Made by a program: the position numbers and the translations under genes. The notes under the pieces were generated by a model. It saw only the letters and a program-made list of their open reading frames with translations. It had not been told where the DNA came from and did no database searches. This document shows, one piece after another, positions 9,276 to 20,135 of a stretch of DNA of 64,000 bases; positions within the stretch are counted from its first letter, which is position 1; every line of letters starts with the position of its first letter. The stretch covers positions 26,175-90,174 of the forward strand of contig CAIKKG010000001.1 of the NCBI GenBank assembly GCA_903827975.1, written 5' to 3'. This DNA is from an uncultured bacterium (GTDB taxonomy: Bacteria > Patescibacteriota > Minisyncoccia > UBA6257 > GWB1-50-10).

Positions 9276-10355
9276 ATGATCCCATTAATTGTAATATTAG
9301 GTTTAATAATTCTTATTCTCGCTCATGAGTTCGGGCATTTTATAGCCGCAAAAATATTTGGCGTTAAAGTTGAAGAATTTGGTATTGGATATCCGCCACG
9401 CCTTTTTGGGAAGAAAATTGGAGAGACGACTTATAGTGTAAATCTTCTACCACTTGGTGGCTTTGTTCGCATTCATGGTGAGGACGAAAAAGAAGAGTGC
9501 ACTGAAAATGATAAATTAGATAAGGAATCAAATAGTAGGAGTTTCGCAAGTCAAAAAATTTGGAAGAGAACTATTATTTTAATAGCTGGGGTTACCATGA
9601 ATATGTTTGTTGGCTGGATTATTTTCTCTGGTATTTTTATGTTTGGAAGTCCAGAACATCTTGTAATAACTGAGGTTGCAAAGGAGTCACCTGCTTATGT
9701 TGCTGGATTAAAATCTAATGATTTTATAGTTGGTGCGCGACTTGGTGATGTCACACTTTCTGACCCGATTAAAGGTGATGATTTTATTAGTAATATAAAG
9801 AAAGTTGCGGGGCAGAAGGTTTCTATTGATGTTATACACGAGGGTAAGACATCAACAATCGAAATAACTTCTAGATTGAATCCTCCAGCAGGCCAGGGAT
9901 CTCTTGGTGTATCACTTGCAGATGCCGGTGTAAAAAGCGAACCATTTTTTAAAAGTATTAAAAGTGGATTTATTGCAACGGCCTCAATCTTTTGGCTTAC
10001 TTTAAACGGATTTTTCTCACTTATAATTGGAATATTCACATCACCGGGAACAGCTCTTAGCGGTGTCGCCGGCCCAGTTGGTGTTTTTGGAATCGCATCT
10101 GAAACTGGAAAGATGGGTTTGGTCTACCTATTTCAGTTGGTTGCCTTAATCTCAGTTAATCTTGCGGTAATAAATCTTATACCTTTCCCAGCGCTAGATG
10201 GCGGTAGAGTTCTCTTCTTACTTATTGAGAAATTTAAAGGCTCGCCAGTTTCAGCAAATACTCAGAGAGTTGTAAATATGGTCGGCTTTATAGCGCTTAT
10301 TATTTTAATGGTGTTCGTAACAATTCATGATGTCGGTAAAATTATAAGCAATTAA
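9276..10355 (+). CDS. rseP: RIP site-2 metalloprotease RseP (M50 family with a PDZ domain)
   Basis: HEFGHFIAAK zinc motif near the N-terminus, a central PDZ-like region and the C-terminal LDGGRV motif. Confidence 0.8.
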   Translation: MIPLIVILGLIILILAHEFGHFIAAKIFGVKVEEFGIGYPPRLFGKKIGETTYSVNLLPLGGFVRIHGEDEKEECTENDKLDKESNSRSFASQKIWKRTIILIAGVTMNMFVGWIIFSGIFMFGSPEHLVITEVAKESPAYVAGLKSNDFIVGARLGDVTLSDPIKGDDFISNIKKVAGQKVSIDVIHEGKTSTIEITSRLNPPAGQGSLGVSLADAGVKSEPFFKSIKSGFIATASIFWLTLNGFFSLIIGIFTSPGTALSGVAGPVGVFGIASETGKMGLVYLFQLVALISVNLAVINLIPFPALDGGRVLFLLIEKFKGSPVSANTQRVVNMVGFIALIILMVFVTIHDVGKIISN

Positions 10356-10412
10356 ACTAATGGTCTGATAGAAGCTGTTAAAACTAAGTAAATAAATAAA
10401 AACCATAAAAGC

Positions 10413-12116
10413 ATGAGACAATCCAAATATTTTTTAAAAACAAGCAAGACATTTTCAGAAGAAGACAAAATAACCTCAGCCAGACTTTTAAAGCAGGCCG
10501 GATTTATTCAAGAGTCGGTTGCGGGCAGATACTACTTTTTACCAATAGGGCATAAGGTACAACAGAGAATAGTCAGTTTAATAAAAGATGAGATGGATTC
10601 TGTCGGCGCACAGGAGATGATTGTACCTACGCTACACCCACTCGAATTATGGAAGGAGACAAACAGAACAAGCACAACTGGGTTTGAGCTTATGAGAGTT
10701 AAGGATCGACGTGGTTCTGAATTTGCACTTGGTGGAACGGCAGAAGAGATGTTCGTTGATTTGGTTAGAAAGTATCAGATAAGTTATAAAGATCTTCCAT
10801 TTCAGCTTTATCAGTTTTCAAATAAATTTCGTGATGAGTTGCGCGCGCGCGGAGGATTATTACGCGTTAGAGAATTCATAATGAAGGACTCCTACTCATT
10901 TCATAGGGATGAGGAGGATTTCAAAAAAACATATGAGGAGATGAAAAGTACCTATAGTAGAATTTTTGAAAGGCTTGGTCTTAAAACTATCGCAGTTGAG
11001 GCTGATAATGGATATATAGGAGGTGAGTATAGCCATGAGTTTATTGTTGAGTCAGAAATTGGAGAGAGTAGATATTTCGTTTCTGATGATGGTGAATACG
11101 CAGCACATGAAGACGTGGCTAAATTCAAAAGAAGTCCAGCTAATCTTGGCGAAGAAGTTAAAGAATTGGAAATAATAGAACAACCAGAGTGGGTTCAGAC
11201 GATGGATGACAACCTAAAGCATTATGGTAAGCCAAAAAATAATTTTCTAAAAAACGTTGTTTATAAAAACAGCAATAACGGAGAAATTATTATTGCTGTA
11301 GTTACTGGGGATCTGGAGGTTAATAAGACTAAACTTGAAAATGTGTTGGGTGCCGTTGGGCAACTTGTTCCTGCTGAGGATGGAGATTTGTCCGCAATGG
11401 GAACGAAGAGTGGGTATGTGCATTGTTGGGGGCATAAAGGAGCAAGGTATATAGGAGATATAGTCTTGAAGGATTCTCGCAACCTAATAGGCGGGCAGAA
11501 AGAAGAGAAGACAGATTCAGTAAATGTTAATTATGGAAGAGATTTTACTTGTGAGATTTTGGGAGACATCTCAATGGCAAAACCAGGAGATCTTTCAGAA
11601 AATGGAAGTGAATTGAAGGAAGGTCGTGGAATAGAGGTTGGAAATACATTTCAGCTTGGATTCCATTACACAAAACTAATGAAGGGCGCATCATATCGCG
11701 ATGAGGACGGAGTAGAAAAGCCTTATTATATGGGTTGTTATGGCATTGGCATCGGACGAACAATGGCGGCTCTTGTTGAAAGATTTAATGATGAAAAGGG
11801 TATTATCTGGCCGAGGAGCGTTTCTCCATTTGACGCACACATCATTTTACTTGGTAATATAACACCTGATTTGAAAAATGCAGCAGAAGGGTTATATACT
11901 ACGCTTAGAAGTAATAAAGTTGATGTTCTTTTTGATGATAGAGATGGGCTGTCTGCTGGTGAGAAGTTTTCTGATGCTGACCTAATTGGAATTCCATTTA
12001 GAATTGTTATCAGCGCTAAGACACTTGCTGGTGGTAAGTTTGAGGTTAAGATAAGGGGTGAGAAAGAAGCCAATCTTGTTACTGAAGATGAGTTATTAGA
12101 GCTTATTAAAAAGTAG
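10413..12116 (+). CDS. proS: prolyl-tRNA synthetase
   Basis: Class II motif FRDELRARGGLLRVREFIMKDSYSFH and a C-terminal anticodon-binding domain; 567 aa. Confidence 0.9.
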   Translation: MRQSKYFLKTSKTFSEEDKITSARLLKQAGFIQESVAGRYYFLPIGHKVQQRIVSLIKDEMDSVGAQEMIVPTLHPLELWKETNRTSTTGFELMRVKDRRGSEFALGGTAEEMFVDLVRKYQISYKDLPFQLYQFSNKFRDELRARGGLLRVREFIMKDSYSFHRDEEDFKKTYEEMKSTYSRIFERLGLKTIAVEADNGYIGGEYSHEFIVESEIGESRYFVSDDGEYAAHEDVAKFKRSPANLGEEVKELEIIEQPEWVQTMDDNLKHYGKPKNNFLKNVVYKNSNNGEIIIAVVTGDLEVNKTKLENVLGAVGQLVPAEDGDLSAMGTKSGYVHCWGHKGARYIGDIVLKDSRNLIGGQKEEKTDSVNVNYGRDFTCEILGDISMAKPGDLSENGSELKEGRGIEVGNTFQLGFHYTKLMKGASYRDEDGVEKPYYMGCYGIGIGRTMAALVERFNDEKGIIWPRSVSPFDAHIILLGNITPDLKNAAEGLYTTLRSNKVDVLFDDRDGLSAGEKFSDADLIGIPFRIVISAKTLAGGKFEVKIRGEKEANLVTEDELLELIKK

Positions 12117-12122
12117 AGCAAT

Positions 12123-13145
12123 ATGATATTAAAGAAATACATTGGAATAGATTTAGGAACCGACACAACGCAGATTTATTTAAAAGGCGTTGGAGTTGTT
12201 GTTAATGAGCCAACAATTGTTGCTTTTAATAACAGGACGGATCGCGTTGTTGCAGTTGGTACAGAGGCAAAGAAAATGCTTTCTCGTACGCCATCACACA
12301 TCACAGCAAGTCGTCCAATTAGTAACGGAGTAATTGCGGACTTTGATATGGTAAAAGAGATGCTTCAGCATTTTCTTAAAAATGAGAAAATCCCATGGTC
12401 CTGGATGACACACACAATCGTAAGCGTTCCAACAAACCTAACAGAGGTTGAGCGAAAGTCCGTTGAAGATTTATTGAAGGAGAGTGGCGCAAACTCGGTT
12501 CATCTAATCGAACAACCGCTCGCTGCGGCATTTGGAAGCAGGTTGGATATTAATCTACCGTCTGCGTTTTTGGTTGTAGACATTGGCGCTGGTACAACTG
12601 ACATGGCAATTATTTCAATGAATGGCGTTGTTGTTTCAAAACGTCTTAAGATAGCTGGAGATTTTCTTAATAATGAAATAATTAAGGGTGTGCGTGATGA
12701 ACTAAGGTTGCACATCGGAGAGCCGACAGCAGAAGAAATAAAAATTGCAGTTGGGTCAGCAATTCCAACGGGGGAGAGACTAGAAATAGTTATTCGCGGA
12801 CGCGATGTCGGAAATGGACTACCTAGAGAAATCGCTATTCGTGATACGCAAGTACGAATGTGGCTTGTTCGTCCGCTGAAGTTAGTAATTGAAGCGCTAA
12901 AAGATTTGATCGAGTCAGCCCCACCCGAGCTCGTTGGAGATATTTATAAGAATGGAATGTATTTTTGTGGCGGTGGGAGTTTATTGCGTGGCATAGATCA
13001 GGTTGCTGAAAAGGAAATCGGAGTTAAGGTGCAAATAGTTGAGGATCCACTGGCTTGTGTTGCGCGCGGAACCGGCCTAATTTGCGAACATTTTGAAGAG
13101 CACAAACAGTTGCTTAATAATTTTTCGCGATTGAAGTTAAATTAA
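12123..13145 (+). CDS. mreB: rod shape-determining protein MreB (paralog 2, encoded with mreCD-mrdA)
   Basis: GIDLGTDTTQIY N-terminus with MreB-like core; followed directly by mreC, mreD and PBP2. Confidence 0.85.
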   Translation: MILKKYIGIDLGTDTTQIYLKGVGVVVNEPTIVAFNNRTDRVVAVGTEAKKMLSRTPSHITASRPISNGVIADFDMVKEMLQHFLKNEKIPWSWMTHTIVSVPTNLTEVERKSVEDLLKESGANSVHLIEQPLAAAFGSRLDINLPSAFLVVDIGAGTTDMAIISMNGVVVSKRLKIAGDFLNNEIIKGVRDELRLHIGEPTAEEIKIAVGSAIPTGERLEIVIRGRDVGNGLPREIAIRDTQVRMWLVRPLKLVIEALKDLIESAPPELVGDIYKNGMYFCGGGSLLRGIDQVAEKEIGVKVQIVEDPLACVARGTGLICEHFEEHKQLLNNFSRLKLN

Positions 13146-13193
13146 ATTAACTTACGCTGATCTCCTGTGGTGCAAAACGCAGAATTGTAAACA

Positions 13194-13883
13194 ATGAAAA
13201 CACTACGAGGTTTTTTTAAAGCATTTATTCTCATTGCTTTTTTTGTAGCAATGTTTTTTTTCAGAAACAATATGACTGGCGCATTTTCAGGGGCGCGAGG
13301 TTTTTTTGTTAGTTTTTTTCATTCAGCAGACTACAGAACATTTGTAGATATGAGATTGGAGAATGCATCACTGAAAAAAGCAGTTGAGAGGCTTAGTGCT
13401 ATTGAGGCAAGCAAAAAGGCCGATTTATTAGAGGCGCGCATTTATTCGCAATACCCATTTAGTTACAAAAATATAATAGTGGTTGATAAGGGTAGCGCAG
13501 ATGGAGTGTCTATTGGAATGCCGGTTCTTGTTAAGGAAAACATACTTCTCGGAAAGGTTAAGAAGGTGGGAAAATTTCAAAGCGAGGTTATTACAATTTT
13601 TGACCCAGATTGGAAATCAAGTGTATCCATAGGTGATGGCAAGATAAAGGCTGTTTTTCATGGTGCAAATACACCCATTGCAGAACTAATTCCAAAAGAT
13701 GCTCTAATAAAGTCCGGAGATAACGTACAAAACATAACAAAAGAATTGCCACTAGGACTATCAATGGGCTTAATCAGTTCTACCTCAACCGATGAGAAAA
13801 AAGTATGGCAGATTGGTAACATAGAGACCGACTTTTCAATTGAAGATATAAGCTCGGTTTTTATAATGACCAATTTTAATTGA
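13194..13883 (+). CDS. mreC: rod shape-determining protein MreC
   Basis: N-terminal transmembrane segment, coiled-coil and beta-rich C-terminal domain; located between mreB and mreD. Confidence 0.6.
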   Translation: MKTLRGFFKAFILIAFFVAMFFFRNNMTGAFSGARGFFVSFFHSADYRTFVDMRLENASLKKAVERLSAIEASKKADLLEARIYSQYPFSYKNIIVVDKGSADGVSIGMPVLVKENILLGKVKKVGKFQSEVITIFDPDWKSSVSIGDGKIKAVFHGANTPIAELIPKDALIKSGDNVQNITKELPLGLSMGLISSTSTDEKKVWQIGNIETDFSIEDISSVFIMTNFN

Positions 13884-13884
13884 T

Positions 13885-14346
13885 ATGATGAGCTCATTTA
13901 ATAGATTCTTTATATTATTCCTATTAGCAACCCTTGCAATTTTTATTCAGCGGGGCGGTTTTTTAAATATATATGGTATAGTGCCAAATCTTGTGATGGT
14001 CTTTTTTATTTCAAGAATTATTTCCGGAGAAGGATTCAGCATGATTGCAACAGTATTTCTTGCTGTTATCGCATCAGCATTTATTGTAGATCCATTTTGG
14101 ATTTCAGAATTTAGCATAATGGGGGCCATAATATTAATAGTTTTTGGTCTTAGAAAGAGATTTACTGGAAACGCTATTACAGATCTTTTTATAATGACAT
14201 TTTTAGCAGAACTACTTTTTTATGGGTCTATAAGATTACTCAACATAACATCATCATTCTCAGTAATTACGGTTGCATTTGAGTTTTTGTATACAATATT
14301 AGTCGGTGTGCCAATACTGGTATTAAGCAGGCGGTATTTTAAATAA
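13885..14346 (+). CDS. mreD: rod shape-determining protein MreD (polytopic membrane protein)
   Basis: 153 aa hydrophobic protein between mreC and PBP2; assigned by synteny only. Confidence 0.5.
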   Translation: MMSSFNRFFILFLLATLAIFIQRGGFLNIYGIVPNLVMVFFISRIISGEGFSMIATVFLAVIASAFIVDPFWISEFSIMGAIILIVFGLRKRFTGNAITDLFIMTFLAELLFYGSIRLLNITSSFSVITVAFEFLYTILVGVPILVLSRRYFK

Positions 14347-16205
14347 TGAGGAATAATATACAGTTCGAGGATATTCTAAGTGACGGTGGGGTAGAGGAAA
14401 ATTTACGTGAGGTGCCAATACCTCGCTCTTCATTTTTTTCGCTAATATTAATTTCATGCATAATAATTTTTATTGCATTCGCACAACTACTAAATCTCAA
14501 TATCTATAAGGGTTCTCTGTATTCTGAGCGAGCACTTGATAATGTTAGCGACGCAAAGGTTAAAGTTGCCCCACGTGGAATTATTGAGGATAGATTAGGG
14601 AAGCCAATAGCTGAGAATGCGCCGTCATTTAACATATTTTTATATCCACGCTTATTATCTAAAGATATAACAGTAAGAGATGCGGAATTAAGAGAGCTTG
14701 GAACTATTATTAAAATTAATTACGAAGAGATTCTACAAAAACTAGCTGAGCGAGATTGGAGCCTTAGCGATAGGATATTACTAACCAATGATATTTCTCA
14801 GGAGGAGCTTGTGGCACTGAGCGCCAGGGATGACCTCGGTATTAAAATTGAGGAGGGATTTAAGCGCAGCACGTCTCCCGCATTTTCACAGATTGTTGGT
14901 TACACTGGACTTGTTGGTAAGGATGATCTTGATGTAAATAAAAAACTCTCGCTTGATGACCAGATAGGTAGGAGCGGTTTAGAATCATATTACGACCTGT
15001 TTATTAGGGGAGAGAATGGAAAGGACGTCACATTTAAAAGTGCAAGCGGCGAGATTAAGGGTGAGATGGTTGAGAAGGAATCCAAGGCCGGTAAAAATAT
15101 TCACACCTACATAGATAAGGAGTTTCAGGATTATTTTTATAATCGAATCGCAGACCAGTTGAAATCAATGGGCCGTGAGGTTGGACTTGGAATTGCTATA
15201 GACCCAAGAAATGGTGAGATACTTGCACTTGTTAATGTGCCTGGATTTGATGTAAATAAAATTGGATCCGCGATGATAGATTCTAGAAGGCCGCTTTTTA
15301 ACCGCGCAATTAGTGGCGTATATAGCCCTGGCTCAACAATAAAACCACTTGTTGCAATAGCGGCGTTAACAGAAAAAGTTATTGATCCAAAAAAGCAGAT
15401 TCTTTCGATTGGTTATATAGAACTTCCAAATCCATACAACCCAGATAAGCCAAGTAGATTTCTCGATTGGAAAGCGCAGGGATGGGTTGATGTTTATTCT
15501 GCCTTAGCCCGTTCGTGCGATGTTTATTTTTATGAGGTTGGTGGCGGGTTTAAGGATCAGAAAGGACTTGGTATTTATAAGTTAAAAGAATGGTGGGATA
15601 TATTTGGTCTTGCAAATAAAACAGGTATAGATCTTCCTGGTGAGAAGGTGGGATTTCTTCCAGATCCAGAATGGAAGCAGAAAAAAACAGGTCAGCCTTG
15701 GAGGATTGGTGATACATATAACGTTTCAATAGGTCAGGGGGATTTCATGATTACCCCAATTGAGCTAATTAATTACATAGCATCGGTTGCAAATGGTGGC
15801 GTGATTTATAAGCCGCGTATAGTTGAGTCAATAAGTGATTCAAAAGGTAAGGAGATTTTGCGAACATATCCAAGTATTAATACTGACATTACTGAAAAAA
15901 TAAAAGATGCCATTCCAGATGTTCAGCAGGGCATGAGGGATGTTGTAAGTAAGCCATATGGAACAGCTAGCTTATTGGGCAATCTTCCGTTTGAGGCCGC
16001 TGGTAAGACGGGAACTGCACAGATTGAGAACAATGCAAAAACAAATGCATTCTTTGTTGGATATGCGCCATACAAGGATCCAAAAATCGCAGTACTTGTT
16101 CTGATTGAGAATTCTCTTGAGGGCGGCTCAAACACCATTCCGGTAGCCAAGGACGTAATGCTATGGTACTATAATAACCGCTTAAAGGACGGGACAAAAA
16201 ACTAA
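14346..16205 (+). CDS. mrdA: penicillin-binding protein 2 (elongasome transpeptidase)
   Basis: SXXK (SPGSTIKP), SXN and KTG (KTGTAQ) motifs; N-terminal transmembrane segment; follows mreBCD. Confidence 0.8.
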   Translation: MRNNIQFEDILSDGGVEENLREVPIPRSSFFSLILISCIIIFIAFAQLLNLNIYKGSLYSERALDNVSDAKVKVAPRGIIEDRLGKPIAENAPSFNIFLYPRLLSKDITVRDAELRELGTIIKINYEEILQKLAERDWSLSDRILLTNDISQEELVALSARDDLGIKIEEGFKRSTSPAFSQIVGYTGLVGKDDLDVNKKLSLDDQIGRSGLESYYDLFIRGENGKDVTFKSASGEIKGEMVEKESKAGKNIHTYIDKEFQDYFYNRIADQLKSMGREVGLGIAIDPRNGEILALVNVPGFDVNKIGSAMIDSRRPLFNRAISGVYSPGSTIKPLVAIAALTEKVIDPKKQILSIGYIELPNPYNPDKPSRFLDWKAQGWVDVYSALARSCDVYFYEVGGGFKDQKGLGIYKLKEWWDIFGLANKTGIDLPGEKVGFLPDPEWKQKKTGQPWRIGDTYNVSIGQGDFMITPIELINYIASVANGGVIYKPRIVESISDSKGKEILRTYPSINTDITEKIKDAIPDVQQGMRDVVSKPYGTASLLGNLPFEAAGKTGTAQIENNAKTNAFFVGYAPYKDPKIAVLVLIENSLEGGSNTIPVAKDVMLWYYNNRLKDGTKN

Positions 16206-16206
16206 T

Positions 16207-16677
16207 ATGATGGCAACACAAAATAAAAATTATCTATCAAAAGAGCGCCGTGACGAGATTACAGCCGAGGTCGCTAAATTGAAGACAGCCGGCCGTAAGG
16301 ATGTGGCAGAGCGCTTAAAACAAGCAAAAGACCTAGGTGATTTGTCAGAAAACTCAGAATATCAGGAGGCTCGCGAGGAGCAATCCAGACTCGAAGTCCG
16401 CATTAATGAGCTCGAGGACATTCTTCGCACATCAGAAATTATAAAAAAAGAAGTCGGTGGAGTCTCAGTTCGTATTGGCTCCGTTGTAAAGGTGAAAAAG
16501 GGCTCAACAATTATCTCATATACAATTGTTGGCTCAAATGAAGCAAAACCACTAAACGGACTCGTTTCAAATGAATCACCGATTGGCCGCGCATTGCTCG
16601 GCAAGAAGGCGGGGGATGCTGTAAATGTTAGTGCTCCAAGCGGAATAATAAAGTATGAGATTATAGAAATCGGATAA
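16207..16677 (+). CDS. greA: transcription elongation factor GreA
   Basis: Coiled-coil N-terminus (NSEYQEAREEQSRLEVRINELE) and FKBP-like C-terminal domain. Confidence 0.85.
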   Translation: MMATQNKNYLSKERRDEITAEVAKLKTAGRKDVAERLKQAKDLGDLSENSEYQEAREEQSRLEVRINELEDILRTSEIIKKEVGGVSVRIGSVVKVKKGSTIISYTIVGSNEAKPLNGLVSNESPIGRALLGKKAGDAVNVSAPSGIIKYEIIEIG

Positions 16678-16684
16678 TATTTAT

Positions 16685-18133
16685 ATGTTAGAAGAAATAT
16701 TAGAAGAACGCCGCAAAAAACTTGAGAAATATAAAGAGACGGCAGACCCGTATCCAGCGGAAGCGAGGCGCGATATGTCGCTCTCGGAACTTTCTGAGCA
16801 ATTTAATGAACTAGTTGAAAAAGGCGGCTCACTCGATATTGTCGGGCGTGTAAGTGCATGGCGGGACCAAGGAAAGATAATTTTTTTAGATATTAAAGAT
16901 GAGCTAGGAAAGTTTCAGATAGTACTAAGCGAAACAGAATGCGCTGATTTTGTGCGTGCGCAGGAAACAACCGATATCGGAGATTTCGTTGAGGCGTCCG
17001 GAATAGTTTTTAAAACAAAAAGGGGGGAACAAAGCCTACAAGCAAAGAATTTTAGAATCATATCTAAAAATTTACGACCACTGCCTTCAGAGTGGTATGG
17101 CATTGAGGACATAGAGCTAAAGTTGCGAAAGCGCTACCTTGACTTAGCATTAAATCCTGAGGTGCGCGAAATGTTTATTAAAAAAGATATTTTCTGGAAC
17201 ACCATCAGAGAGTTTTTGAAAAAGGAAAAGTTTCATGAAGTAGAAACATCAGTTCTAGAGGCCGTGCCTGGCGGCGCTGAGGCGGAGCCCTTCGTTACTC
17301 ATCACAATGCACTTGATCAGGATTTCTTTCTACGCATCTCATTGGAGTTGCCACTCAAAAGACTTCTAGTAGGTGGATTTGAAAAAGTATTTGAGATTGG
17401 TCGCATTTTTAGAAATGAGGGAATAGACAGAGAGCACCTACAGGACTACACACAGATGGAGTGCTATTGGGCATACGCAAATTACGAGGACATGATGAGG
17501 CTTACACGTGAAATGTATCAGCTCGTAATAAAGAATATGTTTGATTCTCTTGTAACTCATCGTGGCGATATGGATATAAACTGGGGAGGTGAGTGGCCAA
17601 AAGTTGATTACTATGAGGCATTCAATCGCGAGGCTGGAATAGATTTAACATCCGCAACTGTTGATGATTTGAAAAAGAAGGCAATAGAATTAGGCGTAAG
17701 ACTTGAACCAAATCTAGGAAGGGGACGCCTAATTGATCTTGTATATAAGAAAACTGTTAGACCTACTTTATTACAACCATGTTTCTTAGTTAATCCTCCG
17801 GCTGATATTGAGCCATTAGCAAAGCGTTTGGTAAATGATCATCACAGAGTCGCTAGGTTTCAAATAATAGCGGGTGGAACTGAGCTTGGAAAAGGATTCT
17901 CTGAGTTAAATGATCCAATTGATCAAAGAGAAAGATTCGAAGATCAAATGAAACTACGAGAGGCAGGTGATCAGGAGGCCCAGATGATTGATGAGGACTT
18001 TGTTGAGGCATTGGAATATGGTATGCCACCAGCAGCAGGATTCGGAATGTCAGAGCGCCTTTTCGCAGTTCTAATGGATAAACCAGTTAGAGAGACTGTG
18101 ATATTTCCACTCATGCGTCGAGAAGAAAAATAA
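16685..18133 (+). CDS. lysS: lysyl-tRNA synthetase (class II)
   Basis: OB-fold N-terminus (GRVSAWRDQGKIIFLDI) and the motif FEIGRIFRNEGIDREHLQDYTQMECYWAY. Confidence 0.9.
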   Translation: MLEEILEERRKKLEKYKETADPYPAEARRDMSLSELSEQFNELVEKGGSLDIVGRVSAWRDQGKIIFLDIKDELGKFQIVLSETECADFVRAQETTDIGDFVEASGIVFKTKRGEQSLQAKNFRIISKNLRPLPSEWYGIEDIELKLRKRYLDLALNPEVREMFIKKDIFWNTIREFLKKEKFHEVETSVLEAVPGGAEAEPFVTHHNALDQDFFLRISLELPLKRLLVGGFEKVFEIGRIFRNEGIDREHLQDYTQMECYWAYANYEDMMRLTREMYQLVIKNMFDSLVTHRGDMDINWGGEWPKVDYYEAFNREAGIDLTSATVDDLKKKAIELGVRLEPNLGRGRLIDLVYKKTVRPTLLQPCFLVNPPADIEPLAKRLVNDHHRVARFQIIAGGTELGKGFSELNDPIDQRERFEDQMKLREAGDQEAQMIDEDFVEALEYGMPPAAGFGMSERLFAVLMDKPVRETVIFPLMRREEK

Positions 18134-18147
18134 AATAATTTTTAATT

Positions 18148-19404
18148 ATGATTGATATAACATTTATTAGAGAAAATTCAGAAAAGGTAAAGAAGGGAAT
18201 GGAGAGTAAGAGACAGGACCCTAAAATTATTGATAAATTTTTACGCCTCGATGAGGAGTGGCGCGCAAAAACATCCGCATATGACCAAATGAAGGCGGAG
18301 CAAAATACTCTAAGCAAAGAAATGTCAGCTGGGCAGAGCGAGAACTTATTAAGCAAGGCGCAGTTTCTTAAAAAGAGACTTTCTGAGATTGAGTCAGAGC
18401 AGGATGATTTAAAGAAAAGCCGCGAGGATTTATTATCTAGAATCCCAAACATACCCTTTGATGATGTGCCTGCTGGGCGCAATGAGGAAGAAAACAAAGT
18501 GCTCCGAGAGGTAGGGAAAAAACCAGAGTTTGATTTTACTCCAAAGGATTATCTTACAATTGGTGAGAAACTAGGCCTTATTGATGTAAAAAGAGCTTCT
18601 GAGGTTTCAGGAAGTAGGTTCGGATATATTTTGCGTGATGCAGCACTTTTAGAGTTTGCGTTAATTCAGCTCGCATTTGATACATTAACAAAGAAAGGAT
18701 TCATTCCAGCAGTTCCTCCAGTAATGATAAAGCCAAAGGTATATGAGGGAATGGGACGTCTCGCAGCGGATCAGAAAGAAGAGAGATACTATTTTGAAAA
18801 AGATGATGTTTATCTTGTTGGAAGCTCTGAGCACACAATGGGTCCTATACACATGAATGACGTGTTTGAGGAAGAGAACCTACCAAGAAGATATGTAGCG
18901 TTCTCAACATGCTTCAGGCGCGAGGCAGGCTCATACGGAAAGGATACTAAGGGCATCTTGCGTGTACACCAATTTGATAAAGTTGAAATGTTTTCTTTTG
19001 CGCATCCTGATAAGTCTGAGGAGGAACACAAATTTTTACTATCATGCCAGGAAGAACTTATGCAGAAGCTGGAGATTCCGTATAGAGTTGTTGAGATTTG
19101 TACTGGAGATATGGGGTGGACAGATGCACGCCAGTTTGATGTGGAGACGTGGTTCCCTGGTCAGGGTAGCTATCGCGAAACAAACTCATGTTCAAATACA
19201 ACAGATTTTCAGTCGCGTGGGATGAATATTAAATACAAGACTAAGGATGGTAAAAAAGCACTTGTTCACATGCTTAATGCAACCGGATTTGCTATAGGTA
19301 GGGTGCTAATAGGAATAATAGAAAACAACCAGACTAAAGAGGGTAATATAAGGGTCCCTAAGATATTGCAGGCATATGTTGGCAAGGAAGAGATAACAGG
19401 GTAA
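18148..19404 (+). CDS. serS: seryl-tRNA synthetase
   Basis: N-terminal coiled-coil arm and class II motifs (FRREAGSYGKDTKGILRVHQFDKVE). Confidence 0.9.
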   Translation: MIDITFIRENSEKVKKGMESKRQDPKIIDKFLRLDEEWRAKTSAYDQMKAEQNTLSKEMSAGQSENLLSKAQFLKKRLSEIESEQDDLKKSREDLLSRIPNIPFDDVPAGRNEEENKVLREVGKKPEFDFTPKDYLTIGEKLGLIDVKRASEVSGSRFGYILRDAALLEFALIQLAFDTLTKKGFIPAVPPVMIKPKVYEGMGRLAADQKEERYYFEKDDVYLVGSSEHTMGPIHMNDVFEEENLPRRYVAFSTCFRREAGSYGKDTKGILRVHQFDKVEMFSFAHPDKSEEEHKFLLSCQEELMQKLEIPYRVVEICTGDMGWTDARQFDVETWFPGQGSYRETNSCSNTTDFQSRGMNIKYKTKDGKKALVHMLNATGFAIGRVLIGIIENNQTKEGNIRVPKILQAYVGKEEITG

Positions 19405-19417
19405 GGCAATAAGTAAA

Positions 19418-19446
19418 AGTCCGCCATTAGGCGGATTTTTGTTTTT
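19418..19446 (+). terminator. rho-independent terminator after serS (TCCGCC-ATTA-GGCGGA followed by a T-run)
   Basis: Perfect 6 bp GC stem followed by T-rich sequence. Confidence 0.6.
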
Positions 19447-19470
19447 TAATAGAAAAATTCTTGTGCTACA

Positions 19471-20130
19471 ATGAAAATAATGGAGTTTATAAAAAAAGTT
19501 CTCTGGGTAGTAATAACAATAGCAGTTATTTATTTCGGATATCTCGCGTATATAAATTGGTGGAATGCCGGCTCCTCACTTGATGCAAAAAAACAGGCAG
19601 CAGAGCAATATGTCGCACAAAAAAAAGATGAGGTTATAAAAACTGTTGGAGATAAAACAAATGAGTATACAGGCGTTGTTGTTCAGGAAGCAAAGAAGGG
19701 TGTGCTTGATTATGTGAAGGGTAAAATTTCAGATGGGTTAACAAGTGTTGGAGATGGGTTAATTAATTCCGCAGAGTCTCTTCTTGGTGCAAGCTCAACA
19801 GAACTTTTGCGCCCAGTTACTGTAAACTCGGTTTCGGGTAACGACGCAGGAAAACTCCCAATCCCCACAGGAGCGGGATTTTTAACACCAGCATCACCAG
19901 CAACAATAACAACTAAAATTGGAGCACAAATTATATTTTCAATAAATCGCGGGGCGACGTATTCTGTTGATTGGGGGGATGGAGTAAAAGATCAGGGAAG
20001 TGTAGAGACTGAGTCAGTAAAGCTTGTAAGTCATGCGTGGCAAAAAGAAGGCGACTTCAGCATTAAAATATTAGTTCGTGGTAGCGGTGTATCACAGGAT
20101 TATACATTTCCTATTCGCGTTTACCCATAA
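19471..20130 (+). CDS. membrane-anchored hypothetical protein with a C-terminal PKD-like domain
   Basis: N-terminal transmembrane helix; the C-terminus contains DWGDG...VSHAW...G.F.IKILV, resembling the PKD WDFGDG fold signature. Confidence 0.4.
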   Translation: MKIMEFIKKVLWVVITIAVIYFGYLAYINWWNAGSSLDAKKQAAEQYVAQKKDEVIKTVGDKTNEYTGVVVQEAKKGVLDYVKGKISDGLTSVGDGLINSAESLLGASSTELLRPVTVNSVSGNDAGKLPIPTGAGFLTPASPATITTKIGAQIIFSINRGATYSVDWGDGVKDQGSVETESVKLVSHAWQKEGDFSIKILVRGSGVSQDYTFPIRVYP

Positions 20131-20135
20131 AAAAT